Position numbers and translations under genes: made by a program | Origin: the human T2T-CHM13v2.0 reference genome, Homo sapiens | Length of the DNA stretch: 64,000 bases | Strand: one strand, 5' to 3' | Assembly (NCBI RefSeq): GCF_009914755.1 | Contig: NC_060938.1 | The notes under the pieces: generated by a model | The model's input: the letters and a program-made list of their open reading frames with translations, nothing else | Databases searched by the model: none | Told to the model about the DNA's origin: nothing | In this document: positions 14,388-28,359 of the stretch, one piece after another | Numbering within the stretch: the first letter of the stretch is position 1 | Layout: each line of letters begins with the position of its first letter

Positions 14388-15931
14388 TATTGTCATATAG
14401 TGATTACTATATAGTTATTTTATAAAATTGTAGCAAAGCTGAATTTATGGCTATTGTTAAAAAAAAATTGGCATTATCACCCAACCGACACTAATTCAAA
14501 GCATGCTATAACCTATTAACCATAATCCTCTGGCTATCTTTTCTGCAAACTATATTTCAGGCCTTCTGACACAATTAAAAATGTCTTCTTTCTACTGAGC
14601 CTGAAAGTTCACTGGTAATGGAGGAGTTAATTAAGAGTTTGTAAAGCTTAAAATCTTCACAGTCCCATTTGTTTCTTTGTGTTCAACAAAAAGCAGCCTT
14701 GAGAAAGTTTGACTGACATTTATGATAATTACATTTGGAGATTAAAATAATTTAGGGTTTCAAAAGGTTTACAATTTATACGCCATATTGGGCCTCACAT
14801 GATTATGGCTTCCTTCATATCATTTTCGTCTGGCGTTGAAATTCATTTGATGTGAATGTAATAGTCATTTTAATGGATATTGTTAATTCCTTGTTTTCAG
14901 CATAATAGATAAAGGGGAATTTAATTAAATTCATTGTGTGAGCACTTATCAGGGGTAAAAAGGTTCACAGAATTATTATTTTTCTGGTGTGACATGTAAA
15001 GAACATTGTAAAAGACAGAACATGAGCCATATCAGAGTGTGGCTGGCATTAAAAGTCACACTAGTTTTACCTCCCCGTAGATAATGTGGCAGGCTTCAAA
15101 CCAACACTAAAAAGTGGTATCTTGAAACTATAATTTCCATAAGGGACCAGCATGATGTAACAACACTGCTTTCTCTCTTCTTCAAACTTGGTGAGACTCT
15201 TTAAGGTCAGAGTTCAAGTTTCCCGAAAAGTCTTAACAGAGAATCAAACCTTAGGTCCCCAAAATTCAGCAAGATATGGCAAGAGGTTTTGTTACAGTAG
15301 CAGCTTCACTTCTTGTGCCAGCTCAGAAAACCGGAAGAACAACCTCTCCCTGGAGATTTGGGGACACTCCTGGTTATAATCCCTGCTGACTAAAGGGCTC
15401 CAAAAGTCACTGGCCCAGGTACAAAGAAGCTATGACCTCATTCACGGAAGGTAACTTTCTGGGAAGGAAAGGTCCAACAAGAACTGCTGAGATGCTGAAT
15501 TTATTTTGGTGGAAGAGAAAAGCCTGAATTATTTATTCTATAGAATTTTTACAGCATATTGATTGATATCTCCCTTTGGGTCATTAAGGCCAGAAACTCT
15601 GCCCTTAGTTTACTAGTCACAAACCTTTGTCATAAATTCTTCAGAGTTGTAGACTACATTCAAACACCATAATCATTAAACGTAAAAATATACTGGAAAC
15701 TTCCACTGAGAAAAAAACTAATTAGAAAAACTTTCAACTAATTTAACAGCAAACAAACTCTATCGTAAATGAACCCACTACACTACTATCCAACCTTTAA
15801 AACTTTGAGTTACAATGCTAAAATTAAATAACATAATAGGTATATTTAGAAACACACACACACATCGAAGATAGGCTAACAGTTTCTCTGAGTAATTACA
15901 TGTGATTTTCTTTTCTTTTTCATATGACTAT

Positions 15932-16371
15932 TGATATGGTTTGACTGTGTCCCCACCCAAATCTCTTCTTGAATTGTAGCTCCCATAATCCCCATATGTC
16001 GTGGGAGGAACTCAGTAGAAGGTAATTAAATCATGGGGTGGATTTTTCCCGTGCTGTTCTCATGAGAGTGAATAAGACAGGTGAGTCTTGCAGGTCATAA
16101 TAAACAGTATAAACTTTTTAAACTTCTTCCCATAAACAGTGATAGTAAATAAGTCTCACGAGATCTGATGGTTTTATAAAGGGCAGTTCCCCTGCACACA
16201 TGTTCTCTTGCCTGACACCACATAACACATGCCTTTGCTCCCCCTTCACCTTCTACCATGATTGTGAGGTCTCCCAGCCATGTGGAACTCTAAGTCCATT
16301 AAACCTCTTTTTCTTTATAAATTACCAGTCTCAGGTATTTCTTCATAGCAGAATGAAAATGGACTAATACA
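15932..16371 (+). mobile_element. THE1-family MaLR solo LTR with a 62-bp foreign insertion
   Basis: TGATATGGTTTGACTGTGT...GGACTAATACA; perfect 5-bp TSD ACTAT at 15927-15931 and 16372-16376. Confidence 0.95.
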
Positions 16372-16719
16372 ACTATATTATAATGATAATGACTATGCAT
16401 TACTTTTTAAATGTGCAAAATGCCTTGAAAGAATTGAAAAAGTAAATAACTTAAATACAAAGGTCTCTCTCTGTTTCTGTCTCTCTCTCCCTCCTGTGTG
16501 TATGTGTGCGTATGGTGTGTGTGTTTGTGTGTATCACTTTTCCCAGACCAAACCCATTTTCTCCCACACTCAAAACTTACTCTAACAGACTAAGAGTCAA
16601 AAGTAGCTGGTGTGAAAAGGAATGTGTAAAATGTAACAATATCACATCCCTCCACTTTGCCAAATTCAGTGGTGGGAGTAGTTTTAATATGCATCCTTTG
16701 GGGAGAAAAAGGGACACCA

Positions 16720-18520
16720 CTCACCTCTCTTTGATCCTTCCAATCTGAACCCCATAATATTGCTGTTCTTTTCATAATTAAAATTTTCAAGAGTGCTTCT
16801 TGCCTCAACCATCTCACCACACATTTCTCAATCTTTCTCATGTGGCTTCTACTTCCCACATATTAATTTTTAAAACTCTTTTCCAAAAAGTCACCATGAC
16901 TTCCTAAATACCAATTAAAAGAATTCTCCCTCACTCTTTCTCTCCTTTGATCCTTCTGCTATATTTGACATATGTTCCTACTTCCTCTTTCTTTAGAAAC
17001 CAAAGGCAAACTGATTTTATTACTCTGCACTCTTGTCCTTCTCTGATTCCAATGACTACTTTTTGTTTTTATCACCTGTTTTAATTCTTTTCCTGGATCT
17101 GCTTTCTTTTCCCACTCCCCATGTGAAAGCCATTTTCAAGCCTGTTTCCAATCCTCATGTCACTTGATTTCAACATTTATTAAGAACTTGCTACATATTT
17201 GGCACAATGCTGGGCACTGGGCATACAAAGATGACTATGCTGTGCAGAAGTATGCAGACTAATGAAAACATTTTAAATATTTTAAATGGGGTAAAATAGA
17301 ACAATCAAGTGTTATAGATGCCAGGATAACAGTACAAACTGAAAACAGAGCAGTGTGCAAAGGAGAGAGTAGCAGATTCTCCTTGAAGAGATGTCTGGAA
17401 TAACCACACCTGGGAAGAGGTGAGTCTTGCAGGTCATAATAAAGACTATAAACATTTTAGACTTCATTCCACGGACAAAGGGAAGCTGAGAAATTTTACA
17501 TGAATAAATGAAACGGATTTGCATTTTAGAAAACAATTATTGAAAGCAGTGAAAGAAATGGAAGAAAATGATATCATCTAGAGAACAGGAGACTTATTGG
17601 GACATGCTTGTTGTTGATGTTGAGGAGCGTTGAGTGGCCCTGAAATATTGCAGCATCCGTGAGAACAGAAAAGAGGAGGTGAATGAAGGAGGTAGAGAAG
17701 AGTGAGGATTAAAGAGATAAATATCTATAGGATTTAGTGCTGATTCTGTAGGGGAGGAAAGGAGACAGAGGGGATGGAATTCAAGATGACTCCTAGGATT
17801 CAGATTTGGGCTTCTAAATGAATCATGCTGATGACATATGTCACAGATAAGCAATGTAGAAAGAGGTATTTGTTAATGGGGAGACAGTGGGCTGGATTTT
17901 AAACATGTTGAAATTGGGATCTTTCAGGAAATTCTAGGAAATGTTGGCTAGGAGAATCAGAAGCTTATGTCCTGAACGGGAAACATTTAACACTCATAAG
18001 TATAAAAGAGACAGTCTAATCATATGATTGTGTAAGGAAAAGAGGTGAGTCACTCCAGGAGAGTGAACAGAATAAGAAGTAAATAACATTAAGCCAGAGT
18101 CCAGGAACTATCAGCACTTCAGTGGTGAGAGGAAGAAGAAAACTCAGCAAATGAAAACAAATGATTACCAGTTCCATAAACCCACCGGCAATGGCCGTCA
18201 AAGTTCCTGTTTTCCTTTTTGCTACAACCAAAGAAGTGTCCCCCTAAAATCTTCTGCCCTCTCAAGCAAACCTACAAATAACTCCAAAATCTGTATCACT
18301 CATTCAGCCTTTCTTCTAAACTCTTTAATACGATCCTCCAAAATCTGACTCAAATCTCTTTTGTCTAGACGTTTCTTCTGGAACTCTCTTAACACAGCCT
18401 CTGAGCTTTAGCCTGTCAAAATGACTTTCTTCCAGTTTTGCATTTACTATTCCACATCTCTGCCTTTATTAATGCTGTTCCCTCATCCTAGTATTCCCCC
18501 ATCCCTCACTCCCAGCCATC
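16720..18520. mobile_element. Cluster of L2 fragments (+ ~16720-17150, - ~17165-18150, + ~18280-18520)
   Basis: Antisense L2 3' end 'ttcaacatttattaagaacttgctacat...ggcacaatgctgggcactgg' followed by purine-rich L2 body, with pyrimidine-rich sense fragments on either side. Confidence 0.65.
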
Positions 18521-18739
18521 ATTTATTATCATGACCCCTGGCTTATGAGAAGCTAAAAATAGCCCAAACTGGAGTCGCTAACACCAAAGGGAAAAGGAGG
18601 GAGAATATCACTATTTATCCAGGTTCTACTAATGTTCTAGAATTATGTTTGGCCGTGGGTGTGTCTGTTTGTGAATACATCTCATTTAATCTTGCAGCAG
18701 CCCTAGAAGATCATATTTATAAAGGAAGATACTGAAGCT

Positions 18740-19250
18740 TATTCATTTACATAATAAATGTTTATCAAATGCCTATTATTTACCAGTCGCTGTGCTTGGT
18801 GCTAAACAATGGTAAACCAGAGTCCCCAGTTTGCACCTACAAAGAGCTATTAACAATGAGAGAGACAAATATTGAAAATATAATTATGTAAATAAATGTA
18901 TAATGGCAAGTTGAAGTAGCAGCCATGATGTGAAATGATGGGAAGCTAATTCAGGGAAGGGAACCTCCGTTCTTAGGCAGAGATATTCATGGGGTGATCT
19001 CAAGGATAAGTGGCCAGGTGAATGATGTGTCAGGCCAAGGAAGGAGCCTGTATGAAGTATGAAAACATAATGAAAGGCCAGTGATGCTAGAGAGGAGTGA
19101 GAAAACAGAAAAGAGGGGCTCTGTGAAGCTGAAAAAGGAGGCAGACAAGATTTTGCATGTCTTTATAGGCCATGTTCGAGAGCGTAAATTTTACTCATTA
19201 AATAATTAGAAGACATTGAAGGATATTATGCAGCAGAGTTGCATAAAACA
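18740..19250 (-). mobile_element. L2 LINE 3' portion, preceded by a MIR fragment at ~18605-18740
   Basis: 'attcatttacataataaatgtttatcaaatgcctattatttaccagtcgctgtgcttggtgct'. Confidence 0.65.
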
Positions 19251-19704
19251 TTTTTTAAAATTAGAAAAAATAATTAAATAAAATCATCCATTTCATATAT
19301 TATAGAACAAAAGGCTAAACATTGGGTCTGATCCCCAACTTTGCAGAAAGTTTGTCATCTCGTCTCAATCCAGACCTATTAGCATAATCTAAAAGACATG
19401 GCCACCCCTGGCAGGCTTGCGTGGTCTTAACTCAGATTCAAGTGCTCTTTGCTCAAATTCCAAAACTTACTTGAAAATCTCTTGAAGAATATAAACTTTT
19501 TTGCCATATAAAATTCTGGAATACTAGGCTATCTTTCAAGTATGGGGGGCCTTGTACATCAGCCTTTAGCAAAATTAAACTTGTCTACCTTTCAACTCAA
19601 TATCATCTCATAGAATAATTGTGGTTCAACATGATGTTTGGGATGGAGCTGGTGCTAAAATCAGGCCCCTTGCTATTGTAACTTACAAGAAATGCATTAG
19701 CAAA

Positions 19705-19995
19705 CACAGACGGCAGAAGGTGGGGAGCCTGATTGCCTAGATTTCAAGTCTGGCTCCACTACTTATTAGCTGTATAACTCTGGGCTAGGCATTCTAAGCC
19801 TATTTCCTCATCTATAAGATGGGGATGATAGGAAGAATAATACTTAACTCATAGGGTTGTGTAAGGATGAAATGAGCTAATACATTTAAAACTCATAGGG
19901 TTGTGTAAGGATGAAATGAGCTAATATACATAAAGCACTTGCAACAGTACCTAACACAGAATAAATGCTGCATAAGTGATATCTGTTATTGTTAA
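19705..19995 (+). mobile_element. MIR SINE, near full length, with internal tandem duplication
   Basis: 'tggctccactacttattagctgtataactctggg...tttcctcatctataagatggggatgata...ctcatagggttgtg...aaagcacttgcaacagtacctaacaca'. Confidence 0.85.
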
Positions 19996-21759
19996 TAATT
20001 ATGAAGGCATTTATAATTTGGGGTGTTTCTTAGAAAAAATGCATATATCCATCTGTAACCATTATTTATAAATAGACTGACCTTTTAGGCAAAGAGACCA
20101 ACAGACATGCTCTTTCACATCCCTACTGAAATATGCAATGCTCAAGCTTGCCAAATGTTTCATTATCATTTCTATGCTTCTGTCCCCACATGAGAGGTAG
20201 GAAAACCTGGGCAAGTGGACTGTGTTTCCATCAGAATCTGGTATTCTGGTGGAAGGTACATCCTCCTCAAAGTGCTATGTCTTAAAACACAGTGGCTGGC
20301 AGGATCTGAAAGCCACTTACATCCTTCTAGGACTATTTCTAGGGCTTATCCAATAAACAGCCATGAATAAGGAAGAGAAACAAACCCTGGAGACAAAGTC
20401 AGATTGAATACTTCCTTACAGTGACAACTTCTCAGAGAATACGATTCTAGACACTTTAGCTGAATATTATTACAATTAGCTTCCACACCTGAATCCTGCA
20501 AGAGTTCATGCTGTATTGTAGAGGAAGGGTGTCTCTGATTCTACTTCTATATTGAAGAAATGAAAGACTCCGAATCCATGGATTATTTAAATGGAATGAG
20601 CTCCTCTGGTTTATTGCTGCCATGTTTTGTCACATGTTGAGGTCCAGCCCAGGTGTCCAAGTTGACCTAAGCAGAGGAGACCTTGAAGATGTTTACAAAA
20701 CTAGGAGAAAAGTGTATAGAATAGGAGAGAAGTGGATAAAATCAAGCTAATCTTAATTGGAGGAGGTGTGACCAGAAAGGCAGGACAAAATATTGTGAGG
20801 AGCTAAACAGAAACACAAAATGTTCATTGATTACGGTTGAAAAATGACTTGAAGAGCAACAGAGAGGGAAAGATGCTGAGAAAGAAGGAAGAGTCAATTC
20901 CCTTTCCCACCTGCCCTCCATTGTCTATGTGAGGCAAGGGGGAGATTAGAGGCTAATGGATATGAAGTCAAGATACGACATTCAGCTGGTAACTTGGATA
21001 TCTTACCTACAGCTCTCCAACTCCAACTTCCCATTTAGAAGGTGGGCATGGAAGATAGAGTTGCAGCTATCTTGAGATTGTATAGATACATAAATTCTAG
21101 TTGGTGTTATATAAGTAGTCTATTGATAGATACAAATTTTTATATATTTAAAATATTTTCTAATTAAATGAACACTGTTTTGCTAGGACTGAAACACTAT
21201 TACATAAAATGCACCCATCAGTTACATTTCACAATTCCAAGAATAGCAACATAGCAGAAAAAAGTCTGATATACAAACAAAAAGCTCAGTGCTTGTGGAA
21301 TGCCTCAAACAGCATAATAATGACCAGAGACATACCTAGGATTTGCATATTTTCTTAAAATTTGTTTTTATAAATTAAATTTTTGTTAGAGACGCAGGTC
21401 TTTGGCTCATTTTCCCCTGTTGTCTTTATGTTAGGCAGCTTCCTTCAAACATTTCAAAGGGATGAATGTGTTTCCTTCATGGTTTATTTGAAAATCTGAT
21501 ACAAGTTATGGAAAAAACAATTGAGCTAAAAAAATCATAGGAATATGTACATTGTAATATCTAGTCCAAACTAGAAACAGGTTGGAGAAGATGAGCTGAA
21601 AAATGCCCAAAAATTCAATTCCTTTTATGATTCATTTGTTTAAGACAGAAAACATTTTTTAAATTCGCCTATCAAAATCTTAATATTTTTATTACTTATT
21701 TAGACCACAAAACAATGTTTGTTTATTTATAAACTTTGGGAAAAAATTAAGAAAAAAAT

Positions 21760-22235
21760 AAAATCTTCAACAATATTTCTACCTAGATAATCACAGCTAA
21801 CCTTTTGACATGTGTGCTCATTATATTTTTCATAAATATATTTATATAAACTTAAAATTGGAATTATACTATGCACATTGTTTTGTAAATTAACCTTCCA
21901 TTTTATTGTCTTAAACACTTGTCCAAATTATTACTTTTCTAAAAGATGAACTTTAATAGCTACGTAGAACCTCATCATAACTATACTCTAAATTATTAAA
22001 TCAATAATTCATTGTTGGTCATTTAAATTATTTGCAATTATAGTGATGTTACAATAAGCATCCTTGACATAATTTTGAGAATGTATCAGATTATTTTTTT
22101 AGACTGAGCACATAGAAGGAGAATTATTAGATTGAAGGATATAAACATTTTTAAGACATGTAATATATATTGCTAACCTTTGCCCATTAAGGTTGAGCCA
22201 ATTTGCCTTCCTGCTAACAGTATACGATAAGCCTA
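21760..22235 (-). mobile_element. L1ME-like 3' end fragment
   Basis: 'attgttggtcatttaaattatttgcaatt...aataagcatcctt...ggagaattattagattgaagg' is antisense old L1 3'UTR. Confidence 0.6.
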
Positions 22236-22427
22236 TGCTGACTAAGAAACAAAATGTAAACCCTTAGGTAATGCTACATAACAATTTCTGCTCTGACTAT
22301 AACCAAATAAGAAGAGAGCAAAAAGAATAAAGTAGTAATAAATAAATGAAGAAAGCACAGATTTTCTTAAATTAGTGAGCATACTAAACTGGTATATTTA
22401 TACGTAGGTTCAATAGGTTTCATTCTA

Positions 22428-22818
<391 letters not shown>

Positions 22819-24569
22819 TTTTTTAAAGTGGTATAGATAACTAGAATGGGCCATGGAGTAAGACAGAAGTGGCTTCAAGTCCCGGTTCTCCAATCTGAAA
22901 CTGTGGGTGAATTACTTAAACCCTGTCACATCAAACTCATTCATAAAAGCACACTTCTCAAAATTTTGGGAAAGCCTACATGGGATGATGGATGAATGCT
23001 GCATAGCACCGTGCTTGATTCTTTGCAGGTCTTCACTCTTCACAATCTTCCATCTACCTTAAATGTGTTCTATTTATGTTATTTTGAAAAATACAATGGG
23101 AATATGCTGGCAAATTGTTGAAATGAATTCAAAACCTGTTGTGCCCATTCTTTTTTTTGTTCATTTTCTTTCAGCAGGAAAGATTAAGAGATGAGCCATA
23201 AATGCTGACAAAAATATTTAGGAAAAAGCTTCATTTAGCCAATGTTTTAAAAATTGACATCACCAGTTCAAAATGGGAAAAGGCAAGATCTGCTCAGCAA
23301 ATTCCAACTGTATTGGCCAAACCCTTGTTCCTCTTCCTCCATTAAATCTCCGTGATTCCCAAGATTGCATTCTCGTCAAAGGATCCACCCTCTAAAACAG
23401 TAATTTTTAGTTTCTTTATCCTCATTGCTTTTATATATTTTCTCAGATCTTCTCTGATGATTAATCTTTCCCATAAAGCCCATGCATCCTAATTTCTTGC
23501 CTTCTGCTCCATTTTGTGACCTACATTCCATCAGGCAGTAGGGGTGGGGGGCCAAAAAGCTTATTATGAGATATACTGAAGGATAAAGTGGTAGAGACTT
23601 TTCTAATATGCTGATGAATAGCTAACATAATTGACTCAAACATACGAACAAAAGAAAGTCATGAGAACTAAAAATGTGTGGGCAATGAAATATGCCATAA
23701 ACAAAGGAGATTAACCTAATGAGTCATAGTACCATGCTGTCTGAATATTAGAATATGATGGAGAGAAGAAAATAGCTGCATTTCTACTTTTTGCTCCAGA
23801 AACTTCATTTTGCTCATTGTGGATAAATTAAGCTTTAACATTTTTTAAATCTTAATACAAAGCATGAGTGTATGTGTTGACTCATGTCATCTTATCAGCA
23901 TTTAACATTCACGCAAAGTTACCCTTGGGAAACAGCACCCCATTCAAGAAAGCTACAAACTGATCAAATGTTCAACTTGGCCACTGCAATGGCACAAACA
24001 TGAGTGGATTTCAAGGGCTAAAACCGAGCTATTTGTCCTTTAGTTTTTACATAAAGTTAAGTGATTGTTGTAAAAGAAATGTATTAGGCTGTCAATATTG
24101 ATGAAGCTTACCATAGTACAACAATAAAGAAAAAAATAGGGTAAGAGATTTATTCTGCATAATTATTAGAAAATAGGGGCAGCTAACATATCATTTTTCC
24201 CAATAAAGTCCATTTTCAGTCTATAATATAAATCAGATCATATACTTGCCAAACCTCAAGGGAGTTTTTTTTTTATTTTTTATTTTTTTGGGAGTTTTAA
24301 AGGTAAAGGTAAAGGACACACCATATCCCTGGGCCCAATATTGTGACTTTGTGCTACCAACACACACAGAGATGACCTGCAATAAAATCTGTTGGTCTCA
24401 TATTTGAATGTCTATTGTTTGTTTTTCAAATATTAACCATAATTTAGTGCTAGAAGTTATTCAAAGATGACAATTTATACAAATTATGAAAGTCAAGATA
24501 ATATTCACTAAGAAGGTCACCATCCCAAACATTTAAACTTGAATAGAAAACACAATCTTATATCTCTGT

Positions 24570-25158
24570 ACAGCAGGCACTACTGGTGGCCTAATAGCCA
24601 TCATCATCTTTTGTACTAAGAGAACCTTGGTTTTATTCTTATCTAGGAGAAGAAGTGTTTTCAGAGAGGGCGAGAACATCTCTAGACTGATCATTGTTCT
24701 AAATTAATCACGATCGTTCCAGCTCTTTTAGCCCGTGATTATTTGGGAGTGGTCATCTGAGCTAGTTCTAGCCAATGAGACGTAACAATTAAGCTCTGAG
24801 AGCACGCTTCTGAAAAATGTTTCCTGGTCCTCATTGAAAAAAAAAAAAAAAAAATGTATAAAAAGAGAAACTCCCATTCTGCATTTGGATGCTGCCAAGG
24901 GAGAACAAATTGCAAAAGCCAACTTGTAATCACAAGAGAGACCTGAGGACAAAAGTCATCAAGCCAAGTATGGTAGGATGAAAAAGCAAAACTGTAGGGT
25001 GATGAAGACATTTTCATAATATTGAATGAATGTTGGACTTTCCCACCTTAAGATTTCTTTAGTGATATAATGCTTGTTTGTTTGTTTCATTCTGTTGTTT
25101 AAGCTACTTTTAATTAAATATTATGCTACTTGTAGCTGAGGTAATCATAAATATTACA
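24570..25158 (+). mobile_element. Old MLT1 (K/L-like) MaLR LTR
   Basis: 'ctagttctagccaatgagacgtaa' internally; 3' end 'ttgtttaagctactttt...tgctacttgtagctga'. Confidence 0.65.
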
Positions 25159-25493
25159 ACTGGTTAGACATCACATTCATTTCCAGGAAGGGACAGAGAC
25201 TTCACACCTACTTAGGCTCTAACTTAATCCCTTTGTCATTGTGCCTTTGTTCATTATTATCTTTCCATCTAGAACACCCTTTCTCTCTTTCTCCACTGCA
25301 TTATTGGCTGAGTATTTTTTCTTCTGTAATGTATACTTCCCTGGTAGAATGAGTTGCTGCATTATATGTGTTCCTGTATAATTTAGCCACTATCATTATT
25401 ATTGCCCTTATCACAATTAACTACACATTGCACATGCATTCTGTGCCAGACATTGTGCTAAACGCTTTACGTGCTTTACATGAATGATGTCTT

Positions 25494-25900
25494 CTGGTAG
25501 ACTGTATTATTTGTTCATAAATATTGATTCTTTTCTCACCTGTGCCAAGCTCCTGGGAAGATGTGTATTCTTCCCTGTCCATTGATTTTTGGGCTTGGTG
25601 GTGTGCCTTGATTTGCCCAGTGAAATCTGAGTAGACCAGATGCACCTTCTGTCTGACAGAAACTTTAAACACCCTTACATAGTCTGGCTCTGTCTCTCTT
25701 AATCCTCTCTTCACCATGGGAATAGGATGCCCCAACATGCTCCTTTAACATGGCTTCCAGAATGAGCAGACACATGGAACCCAGCAGAGTCTAATCAAAT
25801 TGAACAAAACTGCAGATAATCTTCCACCTTTGTGTGATAAGAGCAAGAAACACAAATTGGCTTTAGTAAGCCACTGAGATAATGGGCATAAACTAATATG
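25494..25900 (+). mobile_element. Old MLT1 (H/I-like) MaLR LTR
   Basis: 'tggtagactgtattatttgttc...gggcttggtggtgtgccttgatttgcccagtgaaat...taagccactgagat'. Confidence 0.65.
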
Positions 25901-26617
25901 ATGTCATATAATATAAATCTCATAACTGTATGAAGCATTTATTATTATTATGCCGTTTAACAGTAGAGGAAACCAATTCCAGTTATAGGACTTAGATTTT
26001 TTTCCCAATAATAAGATGGATATCTGTTTCTCTCCTACTACACACAACTCCTTAAGGATAAGGACTACATATTTTTTCTTTCTTTTCCCAACACATAGCA
26101 CATTGTCTGCTTGATGAATTAGGTTGTTGGAAAGAATAGTTCCCTAGAGCACATTTATATTATTAGCACACCTTCATGACCTATATTTTACATACCCTGA
26201 TATCAATAGTTTGGATAATTCACTTTTTCCTCCCCAATGTCCTTTCACTTTAAATACAAAATGAATACCTTGTATAATACTTTGTAAGCATAAGTTAAAT
26301 AATATATAGTGTAGTCCTGTGTCTTAACTTCATGGAGTGCATGCCAGGAAAAAATCTTAAAAATTCATCTTGACAAAAAGCTAGCTATTTTTAATAAAAC
26401 ATATTTTTAGTCAATTGTTGGCCCACTTGTTACACAGGTTTGTGAGCAACTGAACAAAATAAGACACTTTGTGAATTGTTTTTAAAAATTAATGATATCT
26501 TTAATTCAGTAAAATCTGGTTTGAAAAGATGCCTGATATTTTGGAAGCTGAATTCACAAAGCTTAGTGATTAATTGGATATAGATGGGGAAGAGGGGAAT
26601 TAAAAATATATACAGGA

Positions 26618-27134
26618 TGTATTAGTCATGGTTTTCCAGAAACAAAAGCACTAATAAGAGAGAGAGAGATTATAAGACATTGGCTTACACAATTGTGATG
26701 GCTGAAAAGTCACAGTGTCCGTAGTTGGCAAGCTAGAGGCCCAGGAGAGCTGATGTGTAGTTCCGGCCCAAGTCCAAAGTCCTGAGAACCAGGGAAGCAG
26801 TTGGTGTAAGTTTCAGTTTGAAAACCAGCAGCCTCAAGACCCAAGAAGAGCCAGTGTTTCAGTGTTAAGTCCAAAGGCCAGAGAAGAGCAATGTCCCAGC
26901 TGAAACAGTCAGGCAGAAGACATTTCCTCTTACTTGGTCTTTTTATTCCATTCAGGTCTTCAAATGATTAGATGAGGCCCATCTGCATTATAGAGGGCAA
27001 TCTGTTTTGTTTCCTATCAATTCAAATGTTAATCTTATGCAGATGCACCCTCATAGACACACCCAGAATAATGTTTGACAAATATCTGGGCCCCCATGGC
27101 CCAGTCAGGCTGACCCATGAAATTGACCTTCACA
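26618..27134 (-). mobile_element. MLT2B-like ERVL LTR
   Basis: TGTATTAGTCATGGTTTTCCAGA ... 'cagaataatgtttgacaaatatctgggc...ggcccagtcaggctgacccatgaaattgaccttcaca'. Confidence 0.85.
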
Positions 27135-28359
27135 GAGTGTTCTTTCATTTAACAAATATGCACTCAATGTGTTGAATCACTACTCTATGCTTTAAATAAA
27201 TCCTTCTTTCAACATCCTTGAAGAAATTAAATTTTCATCCTTCATCAAAAAAACTTAAAATTAAAGTAATCTTAGAAATTATACTTTCCTACCACATCAT
27301 TTATACAAATGAGAAAAATAAGGCTCTAAGCAACATACTTTTATTGGTAAAAGTAGAGGTAAGACTAGAGCCAAGGTCAAGAACAAATGTTCCTTCTATT
27401 ATACTGCACAGTTCCACATCTCCTTCTAAGTATTTGATTTTAAATCCCAGTCCCAGAAGGAAAAAGAAATTAATAGATACACATCCATACATAAGCCTTG
27501 TGGGGTGTTTATCTTGTTACAGATACATACACATAAGCGTTTCTGAACATAGGGAGAGATAAAAGCTTTATTATAGCTTCCAAGCAATAGTAAAACACAT
27601 TTTAGACATAAAAGACAAGATTCCTATAGATAAAAATGCATCCTTTCCAGTTTTTCATCCATTAGAGAGAAATATAATAAAACATCCAATTTCTTTTCTT
27701 GAATGAAGCATTTCAGAAGTTTAATTTTTCTTGCTAACATCCAAGTAACCCAATGATGTTCATCTAAAAATGAGGCCAAAAGGTATTAAATTCATCAGCA
27801 TATAAATGACTTTTCTAGGATGTGAAGATGGATCACAGCAAAAGACGTCCACAGTTTCAAATGTTATTACTTACCAAGGAAAATAAATAAAGTTAAGTTT
27901 TTCATACTATCATTACAGACTATTTCACTGAACTGTTCTTGATATTATCATATTCTGTTTTATAATATTCCCCCAGAGAAACTAAATATAAAATAATATA
28001 CATAACTCAATATTCCTCAGAATCACATTTCTTTTTTCATTGTTTCCCTAAACAATCCTGTTAGAAACAAAATATCATTGGTAATTGATCTACACCAATT
28101 GAACACAAGTGGCACCAGCTCAGAGTGAATTTCAAAATGGCTGCCATCTTGTTTCCATTCCACTGGAAATGCAACGCAATCATGAGAGAAATCATACTAG
28201 AGATAAACGTCAGTAAATGCTTATATATAATTTTATATGCTTTAATTTTAATACACAGAGAGTTCCAAACTATCATTTTATTATCTTAGCTGTTAATAAA
28301 AATATGTTACCAGGAAAAATTATCTCGTATGAATTGACCATAGGTCAACTGTTTATTTA

